A stretch of DNA of 56,878 nucleotides from a virus (Duplodnaviria > Caudoviricetes): positions 1-56,878 of IMG/VR virus record IMGVR_UViG_3300044984_001322. One strand, written 5' to 3'. The position numbers were made by a program, and so were the translations under genes. A model generated the notes under the pieces. That model ran no database searches, was not told the origin of the DNA, and saw only the letters and a list, made by a program, of their open reading frames with translations. Shown in pieces: positions 26,324-38,100 of this stretch (its first letter is position 1; each line of letters begins with the position of its first letter).

Positions 26324-28003
26324 ATGGCTAGCATCAAACTCCAGACATTTGGTGGCGTGTTGCCCCAAGTTTCTTCCCGCCTTTTGCCGGACACAGCGGC
26401 AACTATCGCGGAGAACGCACGTCTGGACTCTGGCCGTCTATCAGCTTGGCGAGCGCCGCTTGCGATTACAGATCACAACAATGCGGCCTTCAACGTTCCT
26501 TCCGGCACGCGCACGATCTATAGACATCGTGATAGGGCAGGGAACTCCTACTGGCTTGTGTGGACTACGGATGTCCACGCAATCTCCTCACCCATAGCTG
26601 AAGACCCATATGACCGTCTGTATTGGACGGGTCAGCAATTCCCGCGCATGGCAATTGGGACTGAGGTCACTGGCTCTGTTGCTCCGACTTACGAGCCATC
26701 CGTCACGCGCAAGCTTGGTGTCCCGCAACCAACAGATACACCTACGGTTGTAGTTTCAACGGCACTTCCAAACTCGACTGCCATCGCTCTTTCTCGTGCG
26801 TATGCCTACACATGGGTGTCGGGACTTGGTGAGGAGGCTGGACCATCGCCAGCATCCGCAATTATTGAGGTTAAGTCGGGCGAAACCGTAACCATTACGT
26901 TTACCGGAACTGTGCCATCCCACATCTACAACACTGTCAGTAGGCCAGCTTTGCGTCGTATTTACCGGACAGGCGCTAACGGTGACTTTCAGTACGTCAA
27001 AGACATCCCATACAGCACATCGTCTATTACCGACAATATTCTTGACGAGAACCTTGGCGAAATCATTCCCACGACTGAGTGGGATGCACCGCCAGACGAA
27101 AACGCCGGAGATCATCCGGATGGCCCACTGCTTGGTTTGACGGCAATGCCCAACGGTATCACTGCCGGATTTACTGGTAGATCGGTTTTTTTCTCAGAAT
27201 CCTACATTCCGCATGCGTTCCCGCGCTCTTATTCGCTGACCACAAAGTCAAAGATTGTTGGTCTTGCCAGCATCAGCATTGGCTTGCTTGTCATGACGCA
27301 GGGTAAGCCTGTCCTGATCACAGGATCATCACCAGCGTCTATGGCGGCTGTAGAGATCGACAACAACCAAGCATGCGTTTCAGGTAGGTCCATAGCCGAC
27401 ATGGGTGAGGTTGCCCTGTACGCCTCTCCTGACGGCATTGTAGCGGGTGGTGAGAGTGGTGTGTCGTTGGTGACTGATGGGATTTTTTCCCGCGACCAGT
27501 GGCAAGCCCTCAATCCCCCAAGCATTCACGGCTATCACTATGAAGGCCGCTACATCTTCTTCTGGCAAAACGGCGGCAACAGCGGTGGTTATGTCTTTGA
27601 TGGTCGTGGCAATACGCCAATGATCTCGACGCTGAACTATTACGCAAAGGCTGGCTTCAACGATCCGGTAGATGATGCGTTGTATTTAGTAGTTACAGAA
27701 GGTGGCTCGACAACCGTTCGTAAGTTCGATGCTGGGGCAGCATCGCCGTACACATGGCAGTCTAAGGAAGTGCGGCTTGAGAAGCCCATCAATCCGTCAT
27801 GCGCAATCGTCGACGCAGAAGCTTATCCGGTAGCCTTCACGCTATACGCTGATGGCGTACAAAAGCACACGCAGTCTGTGACCAGTGGATCGTTGTTCCG
27901 CCTTCCAGCCGGTTACATGGCAAAAGAATTCCAGTTCAAGTTGACGGGTTCTGTTGACGTGAACCAAGTGCTGATTGCGGAGTCTCCGGAGGAGTTTCAG
28001 TGA
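26324..28003 (+). CDS. Tail nozzle / DNA stabilisation protein
   Basis: 559 aa, beta-rich, podovirus gene order. Confidence 0.7.
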   Translation: MASIKLQTFGGVLPQVSSRLLPDTAATIAENARLDSGRLSAWRAPLAITDHNNAAFNVPSGTRTIYRHRDRAGNSYWLVWTTDVHAISSPIAEDPYDRLYWTGQQFPRMAIGTEVTGSVAPTYEPSVTRKLGVPQPTDTPTVVVSTALPNSTAIALSRAYAYTWVSGLGEEAGPSPASAIIEVKSGETVTITFTGTVPSHIYNTVSRPALRRIYRTGANGDFQYVKDIPYSTSSITDNILDENLGEIIPTTEWDAPPDENAGDHPDGPLLGLTAMPNGITAGFTGRSVFFSESYIPHAFPRSYSLTTKSKIVGLASISIGLLVMTQGKPVLITGSSPASMAAVEIDNNQACVSGRSIADMGEVALYASPDGIVAGGESGVSLVTDGIFSRDQWQALNPPSIHGYHYEGRYIFFWQNGGNSGGYVFDGRGNTPMISTLNYYAKAGFNDPVDDALYLVVTEGGSTTVRKFDAGAASPYTWQSKEVRLEKPINPSCAIVDAEAYPVAFTLYADGVQKHTQSVTSGSLFRLPAGYMAKEFQFKLTGSVDVNQVLIAESPEEFQ

Positions 28004-30684
28004 GCCTGCCCAAAACCCCGATTAAGGGTGATGCAGAGACTAGGCGCTTTCTTGAGGCGGTACGCCAGCAAGTAGACAGCACTGCCAACAACGCTCTGAC
28101 GGTTAGTGACCTGCGCACAGACGGCTTTTTTGCAAGAAACCGTATCGACACAGGCGGTGGCAATCTTGACGGCATTGACAACCCTACCGTCCCCACAAAC
28201 CTGCAAGCTAGCGGTGTTTTTGAAATTATTGCGGTTACGTGGGAATACCAAGAGTATGTAGGCCACAGCAATTCGCGTGTGTATCGTTCGCTGACAAATG
28301 TTTTTGCAAATGCGGAAGTAATCGCAAACATTAACGGCCACTTTTACTCAGACGTAGTTGGCGCCAACAAGACCTACTATTATTGGGTGTCGAACGTAAA
28401 CAAGAACGGCATTGAGTCTGCAACCAGCCAAGCGGCGGGTGTGCAAGGAGCTACACTGCCAAACACGCAGTACATTCTTGATACGTTGACCGGAGCCATT
28501 GGCAGCACACGGCTTAATACTGAGCTTGGCACGCGCATTGGCGGGATAGAAACCCTACAAACAAGCATTCAGGCGCAAGTTAACAGTCTTGAGACTACTT
28601 TTGGTAACTCTCAGTCATCCGCCGATAACGTGGCAGCGGCTCAAGCTGCAGCCAGCGCAGCTACTGCGGCAAAAGTTGCAGCTATTGGTGCTAAAGACAC
28701 AGCAGTCCAAGCTAAGATCGATGCCATTGCAGCAAGTGACGGTGCTATTACGGCCCGTAACACCGCTCAGACGGCTGCTACGAACGCATCAACGTCGGCT
28801 GGTAATGCAAGTAGCTCTGCAGGCACAGCGGCTACAGCAGCTTCTCAGTCGGCAACCAACGCTGCAAACGCTGCTACGTCAGCCACTGCATCCGACACTG
28901 CAAAGACATCGGCAGAAAGCGCCAACACAGCGGCACAGACCGCATCAACTGCAGCGGTTACGGCCTCCACCAACGCAGGAACATTTGCTACTAACGCAGA
29001 GACTGCAGCAACAGCCGCCGATACCTCTAAGGTAGCGGCTGAGTCTGCAAGGACGGCTGCGCAGACTTCAGCAACAGCGGCGTCTGGAAGTGCAAGCACA
29101 GCAACCACAGCGGCAACAGATGCGGCTAGTGCGGCAAGTGCAGCCGATACGTCAAAGGTTGCAGCGGTTGCAGCCAATACAGCAGCCCAAACAGCAGCCA
29201 GTGCAGCCGCAACCAGTTCTACTTCTGCGCAGGGTTTTGCGGACACGGCTGGCTCTGCTGCTACGACAGCAACAAGCGCATCACTTACGGCTGTGGCGGC
29301 AAAAGACACGGCTGTTGCATCAAAGGATACCGCAGTTGCTTCTGCTACCGCTGCCGCAAACAGCGCGACAACTGCCAATGCCTCTTCCACAAGCGCCGGT
29401 AACGCTGCGGGTGTAGCCAATACATCAAGCATTACAGCATCGACGGCGGCTACCACGGCTGTGGCGGCAAGAGATGCAGCGGTCACTGCAAAAGATGCCG
29501 CAGTAACAGCAAAGAACTCTGCGGAAGTGGCAAGCACGCAAGCTGTGACGGCTAAAAACACGGCTGAAGGTGCAGCGGCTACAGCGGTAACATCAGCAAC
29601 AACTGCCGCCAACAGTTCAACCGCCGCCACAAACTCGGCTAACGCTGCCGCCGGATCAGTAACTACGGCCACCACCAAAGCCACAGAAGCCGCAAACTCA
29701 GCCTCAGCGGCGAACGCTTCTCGCGTTGCAGCGGACAGTTCAAGAGATACTGCATCGGGATCAGCCAGTGCTGCAGCTACATCAGCTTCGCAAGCGTCGA
29801 CATTAGCTGGTCTGGCAAGCGACAGTGCTTCTGCTTCGTCCGGATCAGCAGTGACAGCTACATCCGCAAAGAACGCTGCGCAAACATCTGCTACCAATGC
29901 GGCGGGATCGGCAACGGCGGCTCAGACCTCTGCAACTGCCGCTTCAACATCTGCATCGACTGCGTCCACTAAAGCAACAAGCGCAGGCTCATCGGCAACG
30001 AGCGCCAGTAACTCAGCCACAACAGCCGCGACGAACGCATCGAACGCGCTTACGTACCGCAACCAAGCAGCACAGTCGGCTACTGACGCATCCGGCTTTG
30101 CCACAGCATCCGCACAAGATTACTCAGTTATCAATGCGCGGCTCAATAATTTTGGCGGCAGCGGGATTTCGGTTGAGCAGAACTCTACCGCAACAGCCAG
30201 TACACTCAACGGATTGTCTGGTCAGTACACCGTAAAAATCGACAATAATGGGTATGTGGCTGGTTTTGGTTTAGCGTCTACCGCAATCAACGGTACGCCA
30301 GTTTCCGATTTCATTGTTCGCGCTGACCGTTTTTCGATCTCAAGCCCATCCGGCCCAAGCGTAGCGCCCAAGACACCCTTCATTGTTACAACGACTGCAT
30401 CGGTAATCAACGGCGTCAGTGTTCCAGCCGGTGTCTACATAGACACTGCAGCAATTCAAAACGGATCAATCGTTAACGCCAAGATTGGTGATGCCACCAT
30501 TGAATCCGCAAAGATTGTCAGCCTTAATGCCGACAAGATTGTGGCAAATAGCCTGTCTGCAATTACAGCCAACATTGGTCTTTTGCGAACAGCAACAAGC
30601 GGTGCGCGGCTTGAGTTAGAAAGCAACCAGATTAGGGTCTATGACGCCAACGGCACATTGCGTGTGCGTATGGGTGTCTTTTAA
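28000..30684 (+). CDS. Tail fibre/host-specificity protein: Fn3-like domain, Ala/Ser/Thr coiled shaft, TipJ-like C-terminus
   Basis: YYYWV..VN, long A/S/T tract, GQYTVKIDNNGYVAGFGL...RVRMG. Confidence 0.8.
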   Translation: MSLPKTPIKGDAETRRFLEAVRQQVDSTANNALTVSDLRTDGFFARNRIDTGGGNLDGIDNPTVPTNLQASGVFEIIAVTWEYQEYVGHSNSRVYRSLTNVFANAEVIANINGHFYSDVVGANKTYYYWVSNVNKNGIESATSQAAGVQGATLPNTQYILDTLTGAIGSTRLNTELGTRIGGIETLQTSIQAQVNSLETTFGNSQSSADNVAAAQAAASAATAAKVAAIGAKDTAVQAKIDAIAASDGAITARNTAQTAATNASTSAGNASSSAGTAATAASQSATNAANAATSATASDTAKTSAESANTAAQTASTAAVTASTNAGTFATNAETAATAADTSKVAAESARTAAQTSATAASGSASTATTAATDAASAASAADTSKVAAVAANTAAQTAASAAATSSTSAQGFADTAGSAATTATSASLTAVAAKDTAVASKDTAVASATAAANSATTANASSTSAGNAAGVANTSSITASTAATTAVAARDAAVTAKDAAVTAKNSAEVASTQAVTAKNTAEGAAATAVTSATTAANSSTAATNSANAAAGSVTTATTKATEAANSASAANASRVAADSSRDTASGSASAAATSASQASTLAGLASDSASASSGSAVTATSAKNAAQTSATNAAGSATAAQTSATAASTSASTASTKATSAGSSATSASNSATTAATNASNALTYRNQAAQSATDASGFATASAQDYSVINARLNNFGGSGISVEQNSTATASTLNGLSGQYTVKIDNNGYVAGFGLASTAINGTPVSDFIVRADRFSISSPSGPSVAPKTPFIVTTTASVINGVSVPAGVYIDTAAIQNGSIVNAKIGDATIESAKIVSLNADKIVANSLSAITANIGLLRTATSGARLELESNQIRVYDANGTLRVRMGVF

Positions 30685-30965
30685 TGCCGCAGGGACTACA
30701 AGTCTTTGACGATCAGGGGCGCATTCTCGTCGATCTTGGCGATTGGCTTGGGCGTTTAGCAGGCTCCGCTGCCGTCACTGCAAATACCGCTGGCTCTACA
30801 AACAACGTTCTACTGCAGAGCGGCACGCCGTTTTTTATCTGGATACCGTCGACTGAAGAAGCTGTGACCGGCGCTACCACGATGCCTAATGTAACGTTTA
30901 GCGGTTCGACCATGAACTGGTCATCCAGTTACGCATCCGGAACAATCATCTACGGAGTGCGCTGA
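30684..30965 (+). CDS. Tail tip accessory protein
   Basis: MPQGLQVFDDQG N-terminus typical after J-like genes. Confidence 0.7.
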   Translation: MPQGLQVFDDQGRILVDLGDWLGRLAGSAAVTANTAGSTNNVLLQSGTPFFIWIPSTEEAVTGATTMPNVTFSGSTMNWSSSYASGTIIYGVR

Positions 30966-31666
30966 TGCCAGCCGGTATGACGATATACAACGATTCCGGC
31001 GCTATACAAATTGATGGCGAAGGAATTCACTACAACTGCACTGGCTCTGGAACAGTTACGACAACATCCAATATAACCGCCAGCGGCACGACTTACGGAA
31101 GTCAGGTAGTCACCTCATTCACTGTTGATGCTTACTCTCTCTACGCATTCCGCTGCGACACAGCCGGTTTGCACGTCCGCCGTCAATGGCTTCCTGTAGG
31201 CGGGACTACGCGCAACTACCGCCTTTGGGTTCTTGCGCCAATAGGGACCACCATCACATGGTATCGTTTTGAACCCGCTACTCAGGGGCAGAGCAATGGT
31301 GCTGGCTTTGATATCTACACGCCAACTGGTGCAATTGCGTTCAGCCTCAGCACAAAGCCAATGGCTATACGGGAACTCATAAACGTAACGAACGGATATA
31401 CAGGCGGGACAATCAGTCTCAGCCCCAACAGAAACTACGCCGTCATACCATCTGCTCAGTTGGGCTGGGAAGGCGCTGCAGTTTTTCTAGGTTTCAACAA
31501 TCGCGGAGAGCCGCTGTATTCCATCACTACTTTTTCTGTGTTCACAAAAAACAACACTGGATCAGTCACGCTGACAGTCGATCAAAGGTCAATTTCAGGA
31601 CGACAATCGTCGACTACTGGTGACAATAACGGCCAAGCCTTAATAGTAGATGTGACTTACCTTTAA
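30965..31666 (+). CDS. Tail tip accessory protein
   Basis: MPAGMTIYNDSG..QID; coupled. Confidence 0.7.
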   Translation: MPAGMTIYNDSGAIQIDGEGIHYNCTGSGTVTTTSNITASGTTYGSQVVTSFTVDAYSLYAFRCDTAGLHVRRQWLPVGGTTRNYRLWVLAPIGTTITWYRFEPATQGQSNGAGFDIYTPTGAIAFSLSTKPMAIRELINVTNGYTGGTISLSPNRNYAVIPSAQLGWEGAAVFLGFNNRGEPLYSITTFSVFTKNNTGSVTLTVDQRSISGRQSSTTGDNNGQALIVDVTYL

Positions 31667-32064
31667 TGTTGTACTCAGTAAATATAAGAGAAGTGTGGGA
31701 TGTTGTACGTATTGGTCTGCAAGAAGTTGTAAAAACAATAAATGCAGATTGGATGCCAGAAGATATATATCATGAAGTATTGAGCGGTAAATCCTTTATC
31801 TTTATGCACTCTTCCGATAATGAGAGTTTTGTTGTATTAAGCCAACGAAAGAACCCGTATTTAGATAGCTCCGTCCTTATAGTTGATGTAGCTTACAATA
31901 AGACGGGAGACGCTATTGATCAGTATCAACCTTTGCTGGAAGAATTGGCAAAGGAAGTAGGTGCTGGTTACATTGAGTTCTCTTCCCCGCGCTCGGGATT
32001 CAAGAGAGTAGCCGACAAGCATGGCTACACATCTGTCTGCACGACGTATAGGAAACAATTGTAA
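31666..32064 (+). CDS. Virion assembly protein, possibly GNAT-like
   Basis: LAKEVGA.YIEFSSPR.GF; position before internal proteins. Confidence 0.6.
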   Translation: MLYSVNIREVWDVVRIGLQEVVKTINADWMPEDIYHEVLSGKSFIFMHSSDNESFVVLSQRKNPYLDSSVLIVDVAYNKTGDAIDQYQPLLEELAKEVGAGYIEFSSPRSGFKRVADKHGYTSVCTTYRKQL

Positions 32065-32687
32065 TGGGAAAAGCCAAAACCCCTGACGAGACTGAACAGG
32101 AACGTGCATTAGCGGAAATCGCTGCGCAACGTTTTAACCGCTACAAAGAGGTCTTTGCGCCTCTTGAGGATCAGTACATTCAGCAGGTCTTCGATGTCCG
32201 TAATCAGGACAACTACGAGACGGCGGGTGGTCTTGCGGCGGCAGAGTACCAGCGCAGCTTTCAGAAGTCTCAGAACGATCTCTCCGGTCAGATGATGCAG
32301 CAAGGCGTCGATCCATCCTCTGGTGCTTATGAAGGCAACAGTGCGGCCCTGCGCCGTGCGCAAGCGGTTGGTCAGGGACTTGGTGTATCCGGCGCTAAGG
32401 TCGCCAACACAGATCGTTTCTATCAGGGACTTAAGGGTATTACCGCAATTGGTCAGGGTCAGGCAGCGGATGCCATCACCGGCATGGGTGATATTGCCAA
32501 GACTGCACGCGAGAATGCAAACCGCGACGCCGAAAATTCTTTCAATTCCAGCGGCATGATCCGCTCCGGTGTTGCAGCCGGTCTTGGTTATGCGGCATCT
32601 CCGTATGTTGACTCTAAACTTAAGCGTCCGACCTCAGCGCCAAAGACTACATTTAATGGCGTGGCTAGCGGACAGGTGGGTGGCTAA
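32064..32687 (+). CDS. Internal virion/ejection protein
   Basis: A/G/Q-rich, GVDPSSG motif. Confidence 0.7.
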   Translation: MGKAKTPDETEQERALAEIAAQRFNRYKEVFAPLEDQYIQQVFDVRNQDNYETAGGLAAAEYQRSFQKSQNDLSGQMMQQGVDPSSGAYEGNSAALRRAQAVGQGLGVSGAKVANTDRFYQGLKGITAIGQGQAADAITGMGDIAKTARENANRDAENSFNSSGMIRSGVAAGLGYAASPYVDSKLKRPTSAPKTTFNGVASGQVGG

Positions 32688-33442
32688 TGAGCTTCTTTGA
32701 TAATTTAGCACTGATGTTGGGCGGCGACGAGAATATACCGCCAGCATTTAAAGAGTCACTTGGTGAATTCCAGCAAATGTCAGTTTCTGGAGGTTTTGTA
32801 GCGCCGACGCCGATTCTTGCGGTAACGCAGTCATCAGCACCAATGACGGATGCTCCAGCCATTATGAACACTGCTCCTCAGCCAGAGGGTAACCCTTATG
32901 GGGTTGGCGGCGGGTTCTTTGGACTTGGATCGGATTTTGGCTACCCCTCTTCTAATTTCACTGAGGCTGATCCAAACACTATCACTACCGGAGCAGGCGG
33001 CGGCTTGTATGGCGGTAACGTCAGCTATAATCCATCAGACAGCGCATACGGAAACATTAACCCTTCGAATTATTTAATGGATAAAAAGAAGGGCGCATCA
33101 AACCTGAATGCTGCAGTGCAGCGTGCGCAGTATCAGGACTATCTCAACCGCTTTGCGCCAGTAGAAAACTATCTGGTCGGACAGGTTGACGGACGCAACA
33201 CCAAAGACCTTGGCTATGACGTAGCGCGAGCAAACCAAGCCGTTGGGAATGCTGGCCTAAACCTTCAGGGTCAGCAGGAACGTGCAATGGGTCGCTTTGG
33301 TCTTGCGACAAGAGCGCCATCAATTGCGACTTCAAACGAAATCACTGGCGGTCAAGTCGCCGCAATGAACCAAGCTCGTATTGCAGATGAGGCCCGTGCG
33401 CTCTCACTCGTATCCGGCTCTGGTAATCAGGCAGGGGGTTAA
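32687..33442 (+). CDS. Internal virion/ejection protein
   Basis: Coupled ORF; YLNRFAPVE resembles previous gene's YKEVFAPLE. Confidence 0.7.
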   Translation: MSFFDNLALMLGGDENIPPAFKESLGEFQQMSVSGGFVAPTPILAVTQSSAPMTDAPAIMNTAPQPEGNPYGVGGGFFGLGSDFGYPSSNFTEADPNTITTGAGGGLYGGNVSYNPSDSAYGNINPSNYLMDKKKGASNLNAAVQRAQYQDYLNRFAPVENYLVGQVDGRNTKDLGYDVARANQAVGNAGLNLQGQQERAMGRFGLATRAPSIATSNEITGGQVAAMNQARIADEARALSLVSGSGNQAGG

Positions 33443-33444
33443 TA

Positions 33445-33939
33445 ATGGCAGGTTTGATCGGCATAGGCCGTAACACTCTTGGGCAGGCAAATGTTGGGTT
33501 CCAACAGTCGGCCAATCTAGAAGACAACCGCAATGCAATGGGTGATCAACTGAGGCAGGCGCGTGCAGCGCAGCGTGCAAGCATGGTCACTACGGGCGCA
33601 GGTCTTGGCGGTTCCATTGGCGTGAACAATGCTATGGCAGCAAGCGCGGCGGCAAAGGCAGGCACAGCGGCGGGAACTGGCGCTGTTGGTACTGCTCCGG
33701 CAGTTCTTGCAACCGCCGCACCCGAAGTTCTTGCAACTGCCGCACCCGAAGTTCTTGCAACTGCAGGAGCCGAAGTTCTTGCGGGAACCGTAGTACCAAC
33801 AGTAGTTCCAGCAGCAGTGCCAGCAGTAGCAGCACCAGCAGCAGCGGCTCCTATGGCTGGCGTAATGGCAATCGCTACACCACTGCTAATTGGGGCCGGA
33901 GCGGCCCTGCTTCTCGACTCAATGTTCGACATTTTTTAA
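33445..33939 (+). CDS. Internal virion/ejection protein with hydrophobic Ala-rich C-terminus
   Basis: ORF track; VLATAAPE repeats. Confidence 0.7.
   Translation: MAGLIGIGRNTLGQANVGFQQSANLEDNRNAMGDQLRQARAAQRASMVTTGAGLGGSIGVNNAMAASAAAKAGTAAGTGAVGTAPAVLATAAPEVLATAAPEVLATAGAEVLAGTVVPTVVPAAVPAVAAPAAAAPMAGVMAIATPLLIGAGAALLLDSMFDIF
33703..33782 (+). repeat. 24-bp tandem repeat (~3.3 copies) encoding VLATAAPE
   Basis: GTTCTTGCAAYYGCCGCACCCGAA units. Confidence 0.85.
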
Positions 33940-33950
33940 GGCATTAGTTC

Positions 33951-35126
33951 ATGGCAATTGATCCAGCACAATCATTCTCTAACGCTCTTGGACAGGGGCT
34001 TGGGATCATGAAGTCCTACCGCGATGAAGCGCGGGGTGATGAGGATCGCACATTTGACAAGATGATGCGGGAGAGAGCGTACCAGCTTCAAGAAAAAACC
34101 TATGGTCTTGCGGTAAGAGGTGATAACCGTGAACAGGGTCGTTATGACTTCTTAAACAGCCCTGAAATGCGTGGTTATGAAACAACAGCAGCTAAAGGCG
34201 ACGCTGATTTTAAAGTAGCATCGGCGAAAGAGGCGGGTGTCAAAGCCGATAGAGCCAATGACATAATTGATACGGACATCAATGCCACCAACAGCAATGC
34301 AACATCAAATCGTATAAGCGCAAACGCTTCGGCGTCCAATGCCTATACTAACCGCTTGAACTATGGCCTTAATAGGCAACAGTACAGAGACACGCGGAGC
34401 GATACCGTGAGTAGTAAGACACTCATTGATTCTCTCAAAGCACTTACTTCGTTTACGGGACCAAACGCCAATCCGGCTGCGGCTAAACAAATCATGGGCA
34501 ATGGCGTCGTTGCAAGCCAAGTTATTAAGATGGCGGCGCTAGCAAGTGACGCTCCTCTCATGGAAAGCATTCTTAAAAACCCTTACGGCAACTGGATCAA
34601 CAACGTTGATTCCCTCAGAGCGGCAAGACGATTTGCTACGTTCGCGCCAGTTGTGAAGGCTACAATGCAGCAACAAGGATTCTTGCAGGGAACAAAGATT
34701 ATAAAATTTAGGGGCCACACTGAAAACAATCCCCAAGGAAAGCCTCAGCAGCTAGTAGAGTTGACCTTTCAAGGGCCAACTGCTGGCGGAAAAACAAAAA
34801 CCTACGTGGGTTATGTCCGGCCAGAGAAGCTTTTTGAGCCAGCCGCAATGGCAAGCAACTTGTTTAGCAACGTCAATAGAGACCCTGTAGCAAAGCAGCG
34901 TCTTGTTCAGGCGTTTATGATGTCGGATGAGAAGGGCTTCAATATGGTCCTTAACAACGAAGTTCAACGAATTGATGGCTTGATTTCTACTTACGGAAGT
35001 GACCGTAAGTATCAGGTGGAGGTTGCCAGCCTAAGAGATAAAAAATCACGACTTCTAAACGGTGATGCAGCAACGGCAGCGGACGTTGTCTTTAGCTCTC
35101 TTGGACGAATAGGTTCAGGCTCGTAA
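33951..35126 (+). CDS. Internal virion/ejection protein
   Basis: 391-aa ORF before giant protein. Confidence 0.7.
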   Translation: MAIDPAQSFSNALGQGLGIMKSYRDEARGDEDRTFDKMMRERAYQLQEKTYGLAVRGDNREQGRYDFLNSPEMRGYETTAAKGDADFKVASAKEAGVKADRANDIIDTDINATNSNATSNRISANASASNAYTNRLNYGLNRQQYRDTRSDTVSSKTLIDSLKALTSFTGPNANPAAAKQIMGNGVVASQVIKMAALASDAPLMESILKNPYGNWINNVDSLRAARRFATFAPVVKATMQQQGFLQGTKIIKFRGHTENNPQGKPQQLVELTFQGPTAGGKTKTYVGYVRPEKLFEPAAMASNLFSNVNRDPVAKQRLVQAFMMSDEKGFNMVLNNEVQRIDGLISTYGSDRKYQVEVASLRDKKSRLLNGDAATAADVVFSSLGRIGSGS

Positions 35127-35157
35127 TAAAATATCTGCGAAGATCGGATTAGAATAA

Positions 35158-38100
35158 ATGCCTGAATATAAGTTTAGTTCTTTCGTAAATTGGGATGGTA
35201 CTCAAAACGAAAGCCAGAACAAAACAAGTACAACGCAGAAGGCAGCACAGCAGAGCCGCCAGCCCGTCGATGAAAATATGGGTGGTTCTGCTATCGAGAC
35301 TTTGCGTGCAAAAGCAAAAAAAGCTGATCAAAACGTCGCCAACATTCAAAGGTCGCGCAAGAACAGCCGCATCTTTGATGCAGTAGAAAGCTTTGGTGAT
35401 TATCTTCCATTTTTTGAAAGCACCACTGAAAGGGTAAAGGCGGATCGCGCTGAGATTGAGACCGACATCCAAGATATCATTCGCTCGCGTGAAGAAATAA
35501 AGCGCAGCGGAGGCTACGGCAAAGGCGGCTATGGCGCTGCTGTAGAGCGTGGTCTTGGCAACCTGCAGTCAATGAAGGGCGGACTTGAGGCCGGTCTTGG
35601 TATTGCAGACGAAGGCAGTATTGGTGATATTCTTCAGGGCCGCGCTCGTGCGCAGGGCGCTGGTGCGCGTAATCAAGCAGAGCAAGAAGCCTACGAAAAG
35701 TTCCAAGCGGCTGATGGAATTATCGGCTCCGCAAAAGAAATCTTCACCAATTTTCGTTTACTGACAAACGTTGCAGTTGAAAGCTTGCCTTCATCTGCTC
35801 CATCTATGGTTGCTGGTGCCGTTGCTGGTGTCGGTGGTTTTGCGGTTGGCGGACCAAAAGGCGCACAGACGGGCGCGAGTATTGGTACTGGACTTGGCAG
35901 CTTTGTTACTGAGTACGGCAACACGATGCTGGAAACGTTTGCTGAGAACGGCGTGGACTTAGATGATCCTAATTCTATTAAGGCTGCACTCGCCGATAAA
36001 GAATTGATGTCAGACGCAAGATGGCGTGGCACTCGTCGTGGTATTGCGGTTGGTGCATTTGATGCAATGTCTGTGGCGCTTGCGGGTAAAATGGGTGGTG
36101 CGCCTGTTGCCAGAACCATCATCGGCGATACTGCAAAGGCAGGGCTCGCACGTAAGGCCACCGGCCTATTGGCGGCTGGCGCGGTAGAAACTGTTGGGCA
36201 AGGAACTCTTGGCGCAGCCGGTGAAGCAGCCGGTCAGTTGGCGGCAGATGGGCGGATCACAAGTCCACAGGACATTGTCGCTGAGTTTGCTGGCGAAATA
36301 CCTTCCGGCGTTGTCGAGTCTATCGGTGGTACAGCGGTACGTCTTGGAGCAGACAGTGCCTCTAGTACTGCGGAGGACGATGAGCTTGCCTCTGCGCTTA
36401 GAGCAAGGGCCGCAGCCAATCCTGTAACGCAAGCCGCTGGTCAAATTGAAGGCCCGAACGTTGGCGAGATGCGTGATCTTGGAAGCGTGCGCGTTGCTGG
36501 TATGACCATGACGCCGACACAGGTTCTTGAGTTTGCGCAGAACAACCAGAGCCAGCCGCGCATTGCCGACATTCTGTCCCAACCCGTTTCAGACGTAACC
36601 AAAGTCGAGCAGGTTGCACGCATCCTAAACGAGCAGGAAGCTGCGCGTGTAGAGCCGGAAGCCGTGAGGCGTATTTCAAGTCTCGTTGGCGGTACTAACC
36701 CCACTAGCCAGAGCCGTCAGTTCATAACAGACGAACTCACTAAGATTGGTGATGAGGTTGTAGCGGCCAGCCCGACATTAAGTGCTATTCGCGATACCAT
36801 TGCCAGCGAAAGGGGCGGCAAGCAATTTGTCGGCACTCTGCGCGGCATCGTAGAGAATTACAGTCCGCCAGCACAACAGGGTGAAACCTTCTTTGCACGG
36901 CCAGAACGTGGCGGCGAAGGCAGCGTTGTTATGACGCCCGACCAGATTGCAGACGAAGCCAAGCGTGAGCGTGATGCGCAGGAAGCATTCCGTCTTGCCG
37001 GTGTCCGCCAGCAACGCTTTGACGAAGCCACAGGAACAGGCGCACAGCGCGAAGACTTGCGTGCCGGAGCACCCGACCCGCAAGCTCAGTTCTTCCTCAA
37101 TCCAGAGGTCTATGGCGAAGCCCTTGGCGGTATCGCTGCTACCATTGTTGGTGCGGAAAACGGCATGGTCCGTATCCAATACGAGTCTCCTACAGAAACT
37201 GGACGTGACGGTCTGCCTGTCACTATCTCTGAGGAAGTTGAGCCTACTGCGATGTTTGACCGCGTCGTTCGTGGCACTGCGCGTATGTCGCAGGAATTAG
37301 CAGGCGATGTCCGCACGCCACGCAGGGGTACTGGCACAAACCTCAACCCACGCAACTCAGTAGATCGCACAAGCACACGCGCACTGGTTCCGACGCAGGA
37401 CGCAGGACTGCCTGCCACAATCTCGCCTACCCGTTTAACGGGCTTTGAAGCAAACACCGACCAGTTGCCGGTGGAAACGCAGAATGCACAAGCAGACCAG
37501 CAAACTCAGCCAAACGTAGAGGGCATACTAGAAGCTCCGCCAGTGACCCCTCAAGCCACGCAAGCAGCGTTGCCTGCTCCAGCGCCACAGCTAGCGTTAC
37601 CTGCTCCTACTCCTACTCCTGCGCCAGTACCGGCTGCAAAGAGAGAGACGCCGCCAGCGCCAAAGGCAGCAGAGCCTGCGGCTACAGAAGAAGATACTGT
37701 AGTTGAGGACGAAGAGGTCGATGTCGACAATGATCCGCGCATGGTTGAGCATAACCAACGGTTTGATGATGCTGTCGAGAGCATACAGGACACTGAGAAC
37801 GCGACAGAGGTTCGTAAGCTTGCCAAGAAGCTGATCAGGGAAGGTGTCGTTGATGAAGATGCCTACGCCGATATAGACGAGAGAATGAAAGATGTCCCCC
37901 TAACAGAGCGTTGGGATGAGGGAATGTCGGCGCTTGAGGACGCAATAGAAGAGCAGAGAGACAACCTTGCCTCTGACATTGAAGAGGAAATCTACAGCGA
38001 AGCAGATGAGAAGGCTTCTGCAAAAGAAGCAGAAAGCACAGATGCGAAGCAGGATGTTCATAACGAACTGACTGATGCTGAGAAGGATGTACTTGCCGAC

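Noticed and set aside
28845-29897. 350-aa minus-strand ORF
   Set aside because: Antisense shadow of the Ala/Ser/Thr-rich fibre codons
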